A stretch of DNA of 64,000 nucleotides from Lama glama (taxonomy: Eukaryota), in the NCBI GenBank assembly GCA_028534125.1, contig CM052817.1:14200001-14264000 (forward strand). The letters run 5' to 3'. Within the stretch, counting starts at the first letter, position 1; every line of letters starts with the position of its first letter. The notes under the pieces were generated by a model that did not search any database, was not told where the DNA came from, and saw only the letters and a list, made by a program, of their open reading frames with translations. A program made the position numbers and the translations under genes. Shown here in pieces: positions 14,159 to 27,976 of the stretch.

Positions 14159-14493
14159 TGTCTTAGCCAATCTGAGATGCTACAACAAAATACCACAGAA
14201 TGGGTGGCTGATAAACCATAAACATTTTATTTCTCAGTTCTGGAGGCTGGGAAATCCGAGATTTGGTGTTGGCAGATTCGGTGTGGCGACCAGCAAGGGC
14301 TCACTTCCTGGTTCACAGACGGTGCTTCACATGGAAAGGGTTAGGAGCTCTGTGTGGTCTCCTTTATAAGGGTGTTAATTTCACGCCCTCAAGAGCTAGA
14401 CATCGCCCAAGGCTCCACCTCTTAATACCATCACATTGGTCATTAGGGTCTGAACATAAATTAGGCAGGGACACAAACATTCAGACCTTAGCA
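14159..14493 (-). mobile_element. MaLR solo LTR (MLT1A-like)
   Basis: TG...CA termini: tgtcttag...acaacaaaataccacagaatgggtggct...tctcagttctggaggctgggaaatccgag...acaaacattcagaccttagca. Confidence 0.85.
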
Positions 14494-16443
14494 AGCCCTT
14501 CATGAAATTCTTGCTCATCTCACTTTTCACACTTGTCCGTGGGGATACTACGCATTTCTCTGGAGCCTTAACCATCTCTACTCTTGATTTCACATATTCC
14601 ATAACTCAGAAACCACCTATTGGAAATCTCCTGTATGCTCTGCTAGGACTAAAGACATAGTTTGTAATCACTAGCCTTACTGGGCTTCTGGTCCTGGTCT
14701 TGGGGCTGAGGTGCATGAGGGAGGACCCTGGAGAAAGAGCCAAGTTAGAATACCACAGCAGCACTATGGAAAGAGTAGATTTAATGTTTTTGTACAAAAA
14801 TTTCAAATCCATGATGATTGCCTATGTGCACAGCACAGGTAAAGTCCTATTCCACAAAAAGATGAGATGACAATTACTGCTTCCTTATTTCATAAATTGA
14901 TAGTCCCCACAATGGGTGTGGGAAGAAAACATTATTAAATATTATCAATAAAGCTTATATTTATTTTTAAGAGAGAATTAAGCTGCACTAACTCTTAATG
15001 GGCACATTGACTGCATGTCACTAAAATGCACAAGTACCCGACAGGAGAGAAAATTCGATAGTGGCACAGAATGGGCAGTCAGGCACCATTACACAGAAAT
15101 TCACACTCAACATACTGCAAGGTCTTCTAGTTCGTGTATGTCTGGTTAGACAGCTTTATATAGCACACTACTGGGCGTTATTCCATTCCAATTCCCACTG
15201 ACAAAAGAGATAACAGAAATAAATGATTCGTAAAAAGAAAGCTTGGGTTGCAAACAATACTCATAATGCACATCCAAGACACGAACATGGCAGAGGTGAC
15301 TCTTCTGCTCCTTGGCGAGACCTCGGTTTCAGTCAGATAGCAGGTCAAAGAAACGACATACTCAGATCAGACATGAGTGCCTAGTAATGTGAAATTGTCA
15401 AGATGCAATGGATATCAGAGTTACATTCTGTTTCTTAAAAATGAACTGCACCTTAAATACATTATGTGGACTTTGAATAACTGCTGTGTGATGGCAGGGG
15501 GGAAAGGGAAAATACATATTATGATTCAGTAAATGGAAGCTATGATGTGCTTTCATTTTGATGTGAGAAATTTTTTAATTGTTAAAAGCAATCATAAAGT
15601 ATAGTGAACTTAAAACTAAGCTTGTAACTAAAGTATAGGAAAAACAACAAAACAAAGTAAAATCAAGATTTTCAAAAATAATTAAGAAGGTATAATTATA
15701 TTATTCTCACTAAAGTTATTATAAATATCCTGCTATTATAATATCTGAAGAAATACTATAATGATATACATATTATTCTAACATTTTAATAAGAGCAAAA
15801 AAGTTTTGAGTTAATTAAAATATTAAAATACTTAATATCTACCTCAATATTTTACATTTTAATTTTTATATGTTTTATAATATACACAATGTTTTAGTAG
15901 ATTAGCTATATGTATAATAAACAAACACACAAATTCAGGAGTATGTTTTGTATCTATTTCTATACTGTTTTTTTTAACTTGTAAGGCAGATAATCAACAG
16001 TACCACTATGGTGGACCACAGTGAACCACTTCAGACATGAGTCAGTGGGCATCCCACTGTTTCCATATGGTGAAAGAAGAGTGAGCCTGGAAAAATATAA
16101 TACTAAATAACCTATTTTGAAAGGCCAGGTGGTTACGGTCATTTCGTCAAAACACACCTAAAATGAATCAAAGGACAATGCAACTAAAGAGATCACCTTT
16201 CAAGGTGCACAGTGCTGGTTCTAAAATATTAAGCAAAAGCATGGTTGAAATAACACCCTTTCCTGAGGAATCTGTCTGGGCGTACTAACCTCTGACAGCT
16301 GAAGAAGAACATGTTTCTGACCAATACAGCGAGCTGATAGCAGAGGGGGGGTTTTATAAAGTCCGCTAATCTGGTTTGATATGGGAGCTAATTTCAAGCC
16401 TAGACTAATAAACTTTTTTTTTTCATACACATACATATACATT

Positions 16444-16470
16444 TCTCTCTCTCTCTCTCTCACACACACA

Positions 16471-16503
<33 letters not shown>
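16444..16503. repeat. Compound microsatellite (TC)n(CA)n
   Basis: Directly visible. Confidence 0.95.
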
Positions 16504-16506
<3 letters not shown>

Positions 16507-16639
16507 GAGAAAGAGAGAGGGAAAGAGTGGTGGGGGGGAGGGACGGAAGGAGAGAGAGACCCATCTTGCTTAAGCACCTGCTTTATGTCAAGACTTTTTT
16601 TTTTCTTTTTATGTCATCATCCCACATGAATCCCTTAAC

Positions 16640-16870
16640 AAACACTCACGTAAGGCTTACTATGAAGCAAGCATGGTTTAAAGCATTTTCTATTATTAGC
16701 CACTTAATTCTTATAATAACATTATGAGATAAAGGCTATTACTGTTGCCATTTTACAGATGAAGAAACTGAGGCACAGAGACATTAAATTTTGTAACTGG
16801 TTACAAAAACAGGTTTTGAATTTAGGCAGTCTGGCCCAGGGTCCATATTCCTGCCCATTATGCTGTTTAC
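16640..16870 (-). mobile_element. MIR SINE
   Basis: ccattttacagatgaagaaactgaggcacagagacattaaa is the MIR core. Confidence 0.85.
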
Positions 16871-19000
16871 TGAGGAAGAAACCAAGTCCAAGAGAGGTTA
16901 ACATTGTTACATTTTTATGGGACTTATTTTCACCCCATTACCCTAATCTCACCACTATTCTTTTGCTAAATATGGACCTTTTCATAAACATGAATCCCAA
17001 AGTTGAAAAGCATTCAGGGTGCAATCTCTTGCCCTTTTTTGTTCTATGCTACTATGGAAGAAGGATCTGTTTGGGTAAAGACGGAGATTTTCAAAGTAAA
17101 ACCTATGAGCAGAAGAGTCACCTCTGCCTGTTCTTGTCCAGGGCGTGCACTGCCAGTGTTGTCTGTAATCCAGGGTTTCTTTTTAGGAGTAATTTATTAT
17201 AACTCAGAAGATACTAAACTTTTCATGACAATCTTACTTCAAATAATTTTTATTTCAAATATGTCTTCTAATCTTCCATGACAGGATCTGTCTATGCTGA
17301 AATATTTGTTAGTTTTCTGTAGAAAATATGCATAACTGATAAAGACTCCAATTTTTTTCATTGATAGTAAAATAAATTCTCTTCACTTAGGATTTGCAAC
17401 CAAGCTGAACAAGGCATAAATCTGAAATGATGAAACTGTAACACATCAAATATATTAGTTAATGCTGAAATAGAACTTCCATTAAACTTAAAGAATAAAA
17501 TCAATCACACTTAACTTAAATTTTTGCACCTCAACCCCATCTGATCAAATGATAAGTAGACAGATTCTTATGAATGAAAAGTTTTCTTTTTTAAATTTAG
17601 TAGCTTGTTACGTTTGCCACTGTTTTAATCATTTGTTTTCTTTTAATAAAAATGGGTTACTCAGTGCCATTTTGTTTCTACTCTGCTTCTTACAGGTCAT
17701 ATTCAGAGTTGACTGAGCACCATAAGTGTTCAACAGACTTTGATTTTATTTTTGTCACATGCCTCATAAAACTAATTTAGAAACCACAAAATGTGTCACA
17801 AAGATACAGAAATATGAACAGTCAGAGCTTATTGAATTTCCCAAATCTAAAAAGAATGGCTGGCTGTGAAGACAAGCAAATATTTTTCAAGTACAGCCAG
17901 CCACGTCTGAGGAGAATCTAGCTGGTTCTGAACTGCCATGAGCGATGCCAGGCCAATTTTTCAGAAACCTATAGCCTGTTTTTTGGAGGCCTGTTCCTCT
18001 CGCATGGGTGCCCGATACAATTCCCTTCGCAAGGTGATTCGGGTCTGCTTTAGAATTACAATGGAGGCCAAGTAGCTTTGTAGACAGTTCCCACCATTGG
18101 CTCATTTAGAGTTATTTTCTATATTCCTATATTTTCTCAGCTTCACAGAATCTTCAGCACATTTCAACTGTCAGCAGAATCTAGTTTTCCTCTTGGCTAT
18201 ATACTTCCTCATTTTTCTCTTGCTATCAATGGATTTATATGATTTATGGATCCCCTTCTGCTAACATAGCTCAGGAGCAGGGGTGTTACCATGCTTTGAG
18301 CTCAACACAAAGTACCAGCCTGGTACCTATGCTGCAACGCACATGTTGGGTGGGAGGGGCAGGAAAAAACCCAAATAGCTTACAAGGGTAAGCATTCATT
18401 TTAAACGTCTAATGATTCCCAGGGAGAAAGTTAGATACTTACGAAATTGAATGATGCCCTAGCAATGCCCCTCTTACTAAGGTCAGACTTCAAGCAAACA
18501 CATTCCCTTGGAGCCCAGTCCTGAATTTGAAGTAAATAAAATACATTCTCCTGGATGTACTAAGAACCCTGCAGTACAGCCCTGTACTTCACAGACTTTC
18601 TCTAAGAGCTTGACTGACACTTACTTGGCATGCAAAGCAGGGATACGATATGAGAGATCTGATTTAAGACACTTTCTCTGTAGCACATCTGCCCTGTGAT
18701 CCTTCCTTAACCTCTGCCAATTGTGGTTTCCTCCCTTGAGAAGAAGACTGAAAGCACCCATTCCTAGAACTGCTGGGGCCTTTAACCAGAAGTCCATAAC
18801 CTTCTGATCACATTTTACTTATCACTTGAGGAGAAAAATAAAGGTCAGTGTATATTAAATACATGTTTTGTTTTTAAGTGCCTAGCATATATTTGTTGGT
18901 AAGTACATTTGTTTTCTAATTTATTTCTGTCTTGTTCTTATACCGCAAGGATCCTTTAAAGGTTAGAGGGAGGGGTAGGTGACTTTTGGGATAACAACAA

Positions 19001-19470
19001 TGTCCCAGCTATCTATCACTATGTGACGAACTGCCCATAAATTTAGTGGATTAAAACAGTAAACATTTATTGCACAATTTCTAGTGGGTCAGGAGTTTGG
19101 AAGTAGTGTAGTTGGGTGGTTCTGGCCTAGGGTCTTTCATAAGGTTGCAGTCAAGACATAGGGCTGCAGGCATTTGAAGATTTGATGAAGCCAAAGGACC
19201 TGCTTCCACGACGGTGCACTAACATGGTTACTGACAGGAGGCCTCACCTCCTCACCGCATGTATTTTTCCACAGACTGGCCTCATTGCATGGCCACTGGC
19301 TTCCCGGAGTGATCCAACAGAGACTGAGAGTGATGTCAATGAAAGGCACAGTATCTTTTATAACCTAATCTTGTGACATACCATCATGTCTTCTGTATTT
19401 CAATGGTCACACAGATCAACCCTGGTACATTATGGGAGGGGACAACTTGAGATGGGGAATCACTGGAGGC
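19001..19470 (-). mobile_element. Older MaLR LTR (MLT1F/G/H-like)
   Basis: aaatttagtggattaaaacagtaaacatttattgcacaatttctagtgggtcaggagtttgg...ggttctggcctagggtctttcataaggttgcagtcaag. Confidence 0.8.
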
Positions 19471-22400
19471 CAGTAGCATTTACACAGCATCTCTCAAGTT
19501 GTAAAATGCTTTTCACAAATAAAACCAGTCTATGAAGTAGGAAATAACAGAGTTTAAACTACCTGCCTATGGCCACAATTACTGAGTATATACTCATATG
19601 ACTCAGAAATGCATGTTATTCCACTTTATTTTCTTTAATCCTCTTGGTTCCCTTAGTTGATTAAGATTACCAACTTCCATTCTGACACCAACTAGCTTAA
19701 TCTTGAATAAATTGTAATAGTTACAGAATTTATTTTTAATAACAAAAATATAAATAAAATACAGTGCTTAATAATGACATAAAGTTAATTCAAATAGATT
19801 GTAATAATAAGAATCTTTTTAAAAACAGAAGATCCAAAAAAAAAAAAAAGAGAGAGAGAAAACTCTCTATTTAATACAACAATATAATTAGACTTTATTC
19901 CAAATCTTACATTCTAAAAATTTAGCTTATACATCCCGGAAAAAAATTTTAAAACATGCAAACATTTCCTATTTGAGAAGTGTTATTCAATTTACTATCT
20001 TTAAAACCATCATTCTAATCTTGAGTTAGCAATTAGTATAATACTGATGAACTGTACATACTGAACAAGCGAATGACAATGGGTAATGAACTACATCCCT
20101 ATGTTATTCCAAGTAAATAGCCAATTTTAGTTTTATTTTTAAACAGCTGATTTCAGCATAAGTATTAAACACCATCTAATCATTATTTAGCCCATCATTT
20201 CTGCTTGACTGACTTGTAGTCAATGTTACTGAAGAACTAGTTAAAGTTTTCACAGAAGTTAACTGACAAATTACTGTACACAAGCTTTTATACATGGTTT
20301 TAAAAATCCCAACTCATTTTCAGACTCAAAGACACCAGCATATTCTTATGTCTTGCAGGGATTGTTTGAAAGCAGAAATGAAGATAAAATTGTGTCCTAT
20401 CTGCAGACTCAATCTTTTAAACACTCTAGCATTAAAAATTCTACCAGAAAATCAGATTTAGAATGGAGGATAGTAACGACTTGTCAGCAAAGTTAATGTA
20501 ATGCTTAACAGCTTTTTGCTAAATCTTTTCTTAGAGTAATAACCAGAAACGTGGCGCTGGCGGACATGGAAGTTCACGGAGCAGGCAAGAACCAGTGTAT
20601 GTGTGCGTGGGTCTGTGTTTGCAAATCCAGGCACTTCTCTCCCTCCTCTACAGGGTCATGGGTGTGGGCTTTCTCTGTATCTAATTCAAATGAGCTTTCT
20701 GGAAGGTTAAACTGATCTGTATACTTCTAAGTAAAGGCAACTTTGAAGCAGTAATAGTGCACTGTGATTATTGGGGCAATTTAGTCCCTAATGGTTATGA
20801 TGAGTGGGTAATGTTCCTTAATTGTTTTGAATATTACATCTTAAAGACAGCAGTATTATCACTTTTGCAAATTATTTTAGAGCTAGAGCCGCAGTACACT
20901 TAGCTGTTTCCAAATGTAATCTCCTTTATTGTTCCTTTGAGAAATGAAGCTTGGATTGAGTACCCCCACCTAATAAATCAAAAACTAGAACATGTCTTCT
21001 GGCTCTTATCCCAGGGGCTTCCATCCTATACGGTACCACTTGCATCTCCAGATATGATAGCCTTGGTCAGGTCTAGAGAAATGTCTCTGAAACTCGGTCG
21101 TCTGTGGACCCCACTCAGGGTTATGCAGCATCTGTGTCCCACCTACCACCTCCTTCACAAGTTCTATTATATCTGTGTAGCCTCTGCATTGAGGTTTTAA
21201 AAATAAATCAGTTTTGGTTAAATAAATGTATTTTAAAATACAAATTTGATTCTCATAAACATTTATTATTTTGCCATAAATGGAAGAAAACCATAAAAAT
21301 ACATTCTAAACAAAATGAGGGTATGTTCTCAAAGTTTAGATTTATCCTCTTGTCTTGCTTTTGTGTCAAAACTGGACAGTTACAGGGTTTTGTGTGGTGA
21401 TAAAGATATATTTACAGTAAATGAAGGACGTCCGCTGATGCCATCAAAAGACTGAAAGAAAACATAAAAGGACTACTTCCTCAGTATGGGATCCAACTGC
21501 TCTTTAATGCCAAGTTTGAGCTTCATATAAAGTCAGCTTATCTCTACCAATGTGAGCATCACACACCGGAGGGCTTGTAATCTGGACTCCACAGCAGGAG
21601 AAAGGCATTCTTAGCCTGAGAACTGGGTTCTAGCCTGAGCCTGGTCACCAAATTGTTAGGTAAATCTAGTCCAAGAACAAAGATATACTGAGATGACCAT
21701 GCCAAGCATCATGGCACTCAATGCACTTGGTCTCCTGAGGACTTGGGTTCCTTTGCAAAATGATAGGAGCCGGTTGAAAGGCACTGCCTCTCATTTCTAG
21801 GCTCTGAACTCACTGTCTTCACCGTCTCTTTTCATTATCAACGTTTGTGACAATGTCAGCTTTTAATTCTCAGAGTTAGGGAACTTCTGAGACATAGCAA
21901 GAATCCTCCTTTTAACAAAGATAAGCCAGAGAATATAAAATGAGTTTTATCATCTCCCTAACTCAGTTATCTGTGTGTAAATGTAGGAGTGGCATTTCCA
22001 AAGTCACATCATAAGTTATCCTCAAACCTTGTCCAGAAATGACTTTTCTATTGGAAATCTTAGTGAGGACACTCAATCTCCTCTCTGTTCTTGGTAAAGC
22101 ATGATTATTTTTAGATAAGCAAGAGATCCTGCTTTCCCCTCCTCATTGCAGCAGAGATATTTCATGCTTCTTTTAACTGGTCCGAATTCAGAACACAGCT
22201 ATATCTGAAAGACTGTCAACAGAAATATATTCATTCAAGGAGCGTTGTACTCCTTCATACATAAATAAATCATCTCTGAGTCTGAGGTCTATTTTATGCT
22301 ATGTGACTCTTTCTTTCTTAAAGATTTAGAAGATTTTAGTCCACTCTATTCTTCCTATATTTGGAGTGTTTTGTGTTTTAGCCTTACTTATGATCACTTG

Positions 22401-23474
22401 CATTTGGAAAGACAGGACTGTTTTAAAGTTGGAAAATACATGTTACCAAGCAAACTTGTATAACTTGGGACCTGATATGTGAGATACTGAGTATTTCTTT
22501 AAATATTCCAGCTATGATTATATAATTAATACTGCAATCACACTTTATAACAATAAAGGGTTATTTTTTAAGGAAAAAGTAAAATTCTCTGTGAATGTAA
22601 ACAATTGAGATGATTTAAGGAAATCATAAAATTGAGTTAAGTGTCTTTTCCATCCACCAATCTTCCAAAATACATATTGGAAAAAACATGACTCAAATAT
22701 CTTCGCAAAGATAACGGATATCTATAGAAGTATTTTAAAACTAAGGCTGAGGATATAGATTATAAAAGTAGCTCACAGAGCAGAACAGAAATGCCAAGTT
22801 AAAGATTTTTGCATTTGACCAATAAATGCTAATCAAATCAGCTGGAAATCCAGATTGGGAATTCCTCGGGACACTCATGGATGACTGATGGCCTTCATAT
22901 TTCCAATATCACACACTCAAAGCCCTAAATTGTAAAAGGCATCTGGCCTGATTCCGTTGAAGAACTCTATTTTAACTCAAAGCGCATATAATTAGAATAC
23001 TAGTATTCTTGCACTTCAGGATATTTTTAAAGTTGTTTGAAAACTGCTATATTATGACAGAACGTTCCTCTCTGGCACAGAAAATGGAAAAGCTGCTCAA
23101 TGTGTTCAGTGTGCACTTGAATCTACCTTTTTATTGTCCTTGTCTCTCCATTTCCAGACCCACCAGGCCCTCTTGACTTTACCATTGCAGTCAGTTCCCT
23201 GTCACCATCTCCTGCCAATCAGGCTTCCTAAAACATTGCTGGAGTGGTGGCACATCCCTGTTCCGAGGCCTGTGGGATACCCTGTTTCACTGCAGTGCAC
23301 TCCAGCCCTACAAATTCTCCCCAGTCCACACTCCCAATCATTTCTCCCATACAATCTGCTCCACTGCTGTCTAACTCCCACTGTGGCCCCCACTGCCACA
23401 ATCCTAAGTGGAGCCACCACCCTGTTTCCATCCTTGACCACTTCCCTCCTGTTTCTGCCCCTGACCCTCTCTTG

Positions 23475-23788
23475 CAGGGGTCAGAGACTTATTCCAGAAG
23501 GCTCAGATGGTAAACATCTTAGGTTTTGCAGGCCTAGAAGTTTCTCCGACAACTACTCAGCTCTGCCATTGAAAAGCAAAAACAGCCGTAGGTGTCACAT
23601 GATGAATAAGCAAGATTTTGGGCACTAAATTTGAATTTCATTTAGTTTTCCTGGGTCATGAAATACTATTCTTCTTGTGATGTTTTTTCAATCACTTCAC
23701 AATGTAGAAATAATTCTTAGTTAATGGACCATACAAGAACAGGCAATGGGCCGGACTTGGTCCATGGGATATAGTTTGCAGACTCCTA
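23475..23788. mobile_element. MER58B-like hAT-Charlie non-autonomous DNA transposon
   Basis: Termini caggggtcag...tttgcagactccta; internal cagatggtaaacatcttaggttttgcaggcc...caactactcagctctgccattg. Confidence 0.85.
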
Positions 23789-24202
23789 CTCTACCGTACA
23801 CCCCAAAAGAGCAGCCAGTGATTAGCATGATTGCATTTAACTCCTGCGTAGACCCTTGCAATGGCTCTCAGTTTCACTCAGAGCAAATGTTCAGGCCTTC
23901 ACCATGGCCTAATAAAGGCTTATACATTCTGGTCTTTTTTGTTCTCTGCCTTTATCTCCCATGACTCCAATGACTCCCTTTGGTTTTGCTCTGCTCCAGC
24001 TAACTAACCTGTTTTCTGTTCCCTGAACACACTGAACACAAGCCTGCCTGGAGCGGGGTGGTGTCTTTGCACTGGCTGGTCTCTCTGTCTAGAACTTGTT
24101 TACCCATATGTTTCCTCACCCTCTTGCTTGCATCAAGACTTTGATCTAACATAGTTCTCTCAAGAAGTCCATCATGATCCCTTTATTTAAATTTTAACCA
24201 TT

Positions 24203-24618
24203 TGTTAGGGGCTGGCTATGTTCTCCTAAAACTGATACACTGAAACCCTAATCCCCAGCACTTCAGAACGTGACTGCATTTGTAGATAAGGTCTTTAAAG
24301 AGCTGATTCAGTTAAACAAGGCCATTACATTGGGGGGTGCCTAATACAATCTGACTAGTATCTTTGTAAAAAGAGGAAATTTGGACACATGGGAAGATCT
24401 CAGAGGCATGTCTTCACAGAGCAAAAAAAGCCATGTGAGGACACAGTGAGAAGTTGGCCATCAATAAGCCAAGGAGAGCGTCCTCAAAAGAAACCAAATG
24501 TGCCAACACCTTGATCGTATCGCCTTCCAACCTCCAGAGCTGTGAGAAAATAAATTTCTGTTGTTTAAGGCATCAGATCTGTGGTATTTTGTTATAGAAG
24601 CTCCAGTAAACTGACACA
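24203..24618 (+). mobile_element. MaLR solo LTR (MLT1A0/B-like)
   Basis: tgttagggg...ccccagcacttcagaacgtgactgcatttg...cctccagagctgtgagaaaataaatttctgttgtttaag...aaactgacaca. Confidence 0.9.
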
Positions 24619-27600
24619 TACCCCGACTCCCATAGCCCTCCCAAACTCACGTACTCTGTTCTATTTGACCCAGAGCACTTATCAGCCACTAACATACTAT
24701 TTAATTAATCAACTTAGCATGACGATTATCCAGTCCCTCACTGCGTGTGCACAGTGACCTTTTGCTTACTGATGTGCTCCATGTCTCCAGAACAGTGCCT
24801 ATCAAGAGGGTAGGTACTCCACAAATACCTGCTAAACAGATGGAACCTAACAATGCATTACCTCTACACATCTCCTCCTCTGTGCCTGTGTTCTTTCTGG
24901 ATGGTTCGATTGCCAGTGCAGCATCTCTAAACCTATAGCTACTAAAACCCAGCTCAACTACCACCACTGCCTAAGAGAGGCACAGACTTGCCCAAGGTCA
25001 TACTGCTAATCAGTGATGAAGCCAGGTTTCAAACACGGGTCTATTACTAGAGGTCAAGGTCTGAAACATACAGTTTCACAAGTAAAATGGAAAACAAAAA
25101 GCTTACTTTGATATAAAAATTTCAGTATCACATTAAATGAAACAAAGAGAAAGACATATAATTTACCCAAACTCTTAGAGGCTTGAATGGGCTGACTTCA
25201 TATTTCCAATGAATGCTTTTCTTACTCTAAACTCTTGAGAATGTAGTCATTGTGTATTCTTCAAATTTACATAATGACTGAAATTTTTAAAATTCATATT
25301 TCACAATAAAATATTTCTCCAGATTGAGCATATTTTATCATTAATAACTGAAGTCTCAAAGTATAAATTAATGAATTACATTAAATAAATCTGATCTTCC
25401 TAAAGATAGGATTTTAATCTATGCATACCTCTCATCTCCTATGATATTTCATAAAGAATTTAAGAAATTAGCAGGTTCTTAATATTGACTTCTGAAATAG
25501 ATCATTTCTACTTTGCATTGTTGTTTAATTCTATTATACTTTGTTCTCCAGGAAATAGGTAAGACAGGACAGTTATTAACTTTATCCTTTGGTGAGGGAA
25601 AAAAAAAACACCTTTACTTAACTACTGATTTTTAAAAATGTAAGGGCTTTAGACTCATAAATTTTTAGCAAAAATATCCTTGTTACACGTATTGGAGCAA
25701 TATATAAGTAATATGACATTTTTAGGTAGAAGGTTTTTTTTTAATAAGAGAGCATTAAAGCATAATTAAGTACAACCCTTCAAGTATACAGATTTTAAAT
25801 TTTACCATTTTTGAAGGATATTTTTGAGTTACACATTCTATTTGCTTTTTGAAAAGTTTAAATTGATATGAATTGGACACACTGTGACCTTTCCTGAGGA
25901 CTCCAAAACAACTGAATGGTGTTGGCTACACTTAGCACTGATTTATCAGTGCCCAAAACAGGGCTTAGGACTACCCGAATGAGTACTGATCCCAACTGCT
26001 ATCATTAAACATACTGGCTTGAAAAAGTACCTGGTGGAGGTCTGAACTGGGATCACTTAATTTTTCTGATGAAGAAACAGGTATGGGAAGAATGTAAACT
26101 TGCCCAAGGTCACCAGCTAAAATACAATGGTGCTAAGATTTAAGTTCAGGTCTTCTTGGCTGCCAAGACCAGGTATTTTTATCAGACCAAGCCGCCACCA
26201 CCACAGGCACTTACTACAATGTAAGGTTGTGAGAACAATGTCTTCTGGAATGGTACTGTAATGGACTAGTAATAGGACTAACCACCTCTCATGATCTTGA
26301 TAAAATCACTTGAGTAACTCAGTCTTCAATATTCTCTTCTGAAAATAAAGAAGTCAGACCAAATAATTGCTATGATTCATTGAGATTCTGCATGTCTATG
26401 ATACAACTGCATACCCAACACAACTATTTATATAAATAACATAATCTACATAGCCTTGCTTTCATTATTGTCGTTATGCTGTGTATTTTCACTATTTTGA
26501 TTATGAACAAGCTTCTCAACCTTCCAAGACCACAGACTATGCCTTTCCTTGGACATGGGCGAGGAGGGCATCACTGAAAGACACATTTGCATGTATCTGG
26601 GTATATGCCCAGCAGTTGGCTGTCTGGTTTCCCTTGGGGATCTTTAGCAGACACAGCATAAAACCGATCTTTAACGTTCTAAAAGCCATTTATAGAACTG
26701 GCTTCATGGCTCTTTGAAGACTTTTGACTTTTGTTTGGCTCAGAGAATTATAAAATGGTTAGAGAACTCACATGTAAGTAGTAAAGCAGGCTCCCAGTAT
26801 TTTAAGGGTGCATCATAGAAGAGGAACATGACTCTTTGGCAGGCTTTAAACTTCTCATCCTAAACTGGTTACCTTGCAAAATGGAAATCTTCCCAGTGTA
26901 AAGGTGATAATACTGAGCTAGGGGAACTTAAAACTTTCTCAAAGGGGTATGCAAGCTGGGGAAGAAAACTGCGGATATATCAATTTAAATCCTGATTGTA
27001 TATATTATACATATTTAAAATTACAGTGTAGCCAAGGTGGTATCTTTTTCCAGCAGGTTTACCATAGTTAAAGACTGAAAGAACCTATACCTGTCTACAC
27101 TATCATTTTAAAAACATGAAAATGTAATCATTATACATGTATGATGTTCATTGTAGAAAAATGAGAAAATACAAACACATAGAACTTTACACGTAAATCA
27201 TTCACCAGATATGTGCCTTTTGAAACAAATGGGAATATGCCACACCTACCCCTATTTTAAAATGGATAGTTACAACTCCTCTGTGCACAATTAGAGAGAA
27301 TTCAGACGTCCAGGGCTCCGGATTACCTACACAGCTTCTATAGTGGGAAGAAGTACTGGGCAGAGATAAGACAGTAGCAGAACCACAGCAGAGATTAGAA
27401 CGAGTGAGTAGCTGACGCGGCCAAGATCAGAAGGAATGATACAGGCAAACAGTCACAAGGCTGCCGACTTTGGGGGAGAAAATGTAGTGAAACAGAGGCA
27501 GGAGATGTAGCTCTGTCCCTTAAAAAGCACCGCTGTGCAATTTAGTCAAACATCCAATAACTACTTAGTAAACATTTACTGTGCACTAGGCATGGTCTAA

Positions 27601-27695
27601 ACACTGGAGTACAATAATGAACAAAACAAACATGATCCTTAAAAAGAAGTTCACATCCCAGTTTTATAGACACCTATAAATAATCTAAATTATTT

Positions 27696-27823
27696 TTCCA
27701 AATTTTGGGGGGGGGAGTAATTTGGTTTATTTATTTATTTCTTAATGGAGGTGCTGGGGATTGAACCCAGGACCTTGCATATGCTAAGCATGTGCTCTAC
27801 CACTGAGCTATATACCCTCCCCA
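27696..27823 (-). mobile_element. Camelid tRNA-derived SINE (Vic-1-type) with 11-bp TSD
   Basis: Reverse strand reads ggggagggtatatagctcagtggtagagcacatgcttagcatatgcaaggtcctgggttcaatccccagcacctcc (A and B boxes). TSD ctaaattattt at 27685-27695 and 27824-27834. Confidence 0.92.
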
Positions 27824-27857
27824 CTAAATTATTTCAGATCATGGTAATTTCTGTGGA

Positions 27858-27976
27858 TAAGGTGACCATATATCTTAGTATGTCTGGGACAGTCTTGGTT
27901 TATGCCTGTATTTCTGCTGTGATTATTAACATTACCTCCTTGTACTCTCAAAAGTGCCCCAGTTTTGGCCACCTTA
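27858..27976. mobile_element. MER94-like hAT-Blackjack MITE
   Basis: Terminal inverted repeats taaggtgacca / tggccacctta; internal gggacagtcttggtttatgcctg...actctcaaaagtgcccc. Confidence 0.8.

Larger units (their letters stand above)
23150..24845 (+). mobile_element. L2 LINE fragment interrupted by MER58B and MLT1 insertions
   Basis: L2-type segments on both sides of the insertions, ending in agaacagtgcctatcaagagggtaggtactccacaaatacctgctaaacagatggaa. Confidence 0.7.

Noticed and set aside
16290..16312. MFFFSCQ as a new in-frame KChIP4 N-terminus
   Set aside because: 23 nt from ATG to donor gives phase 2, but the KChIP4 core exon needs phase 1.
27696..27823. tRNA gene (also 51228-51349 and 52472-52601)
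   Set aside because: The tRNA-like head is followed by the SINE body, an A-rich tail and TSDs, so these are Vic-type SINEs and not tRNAs.
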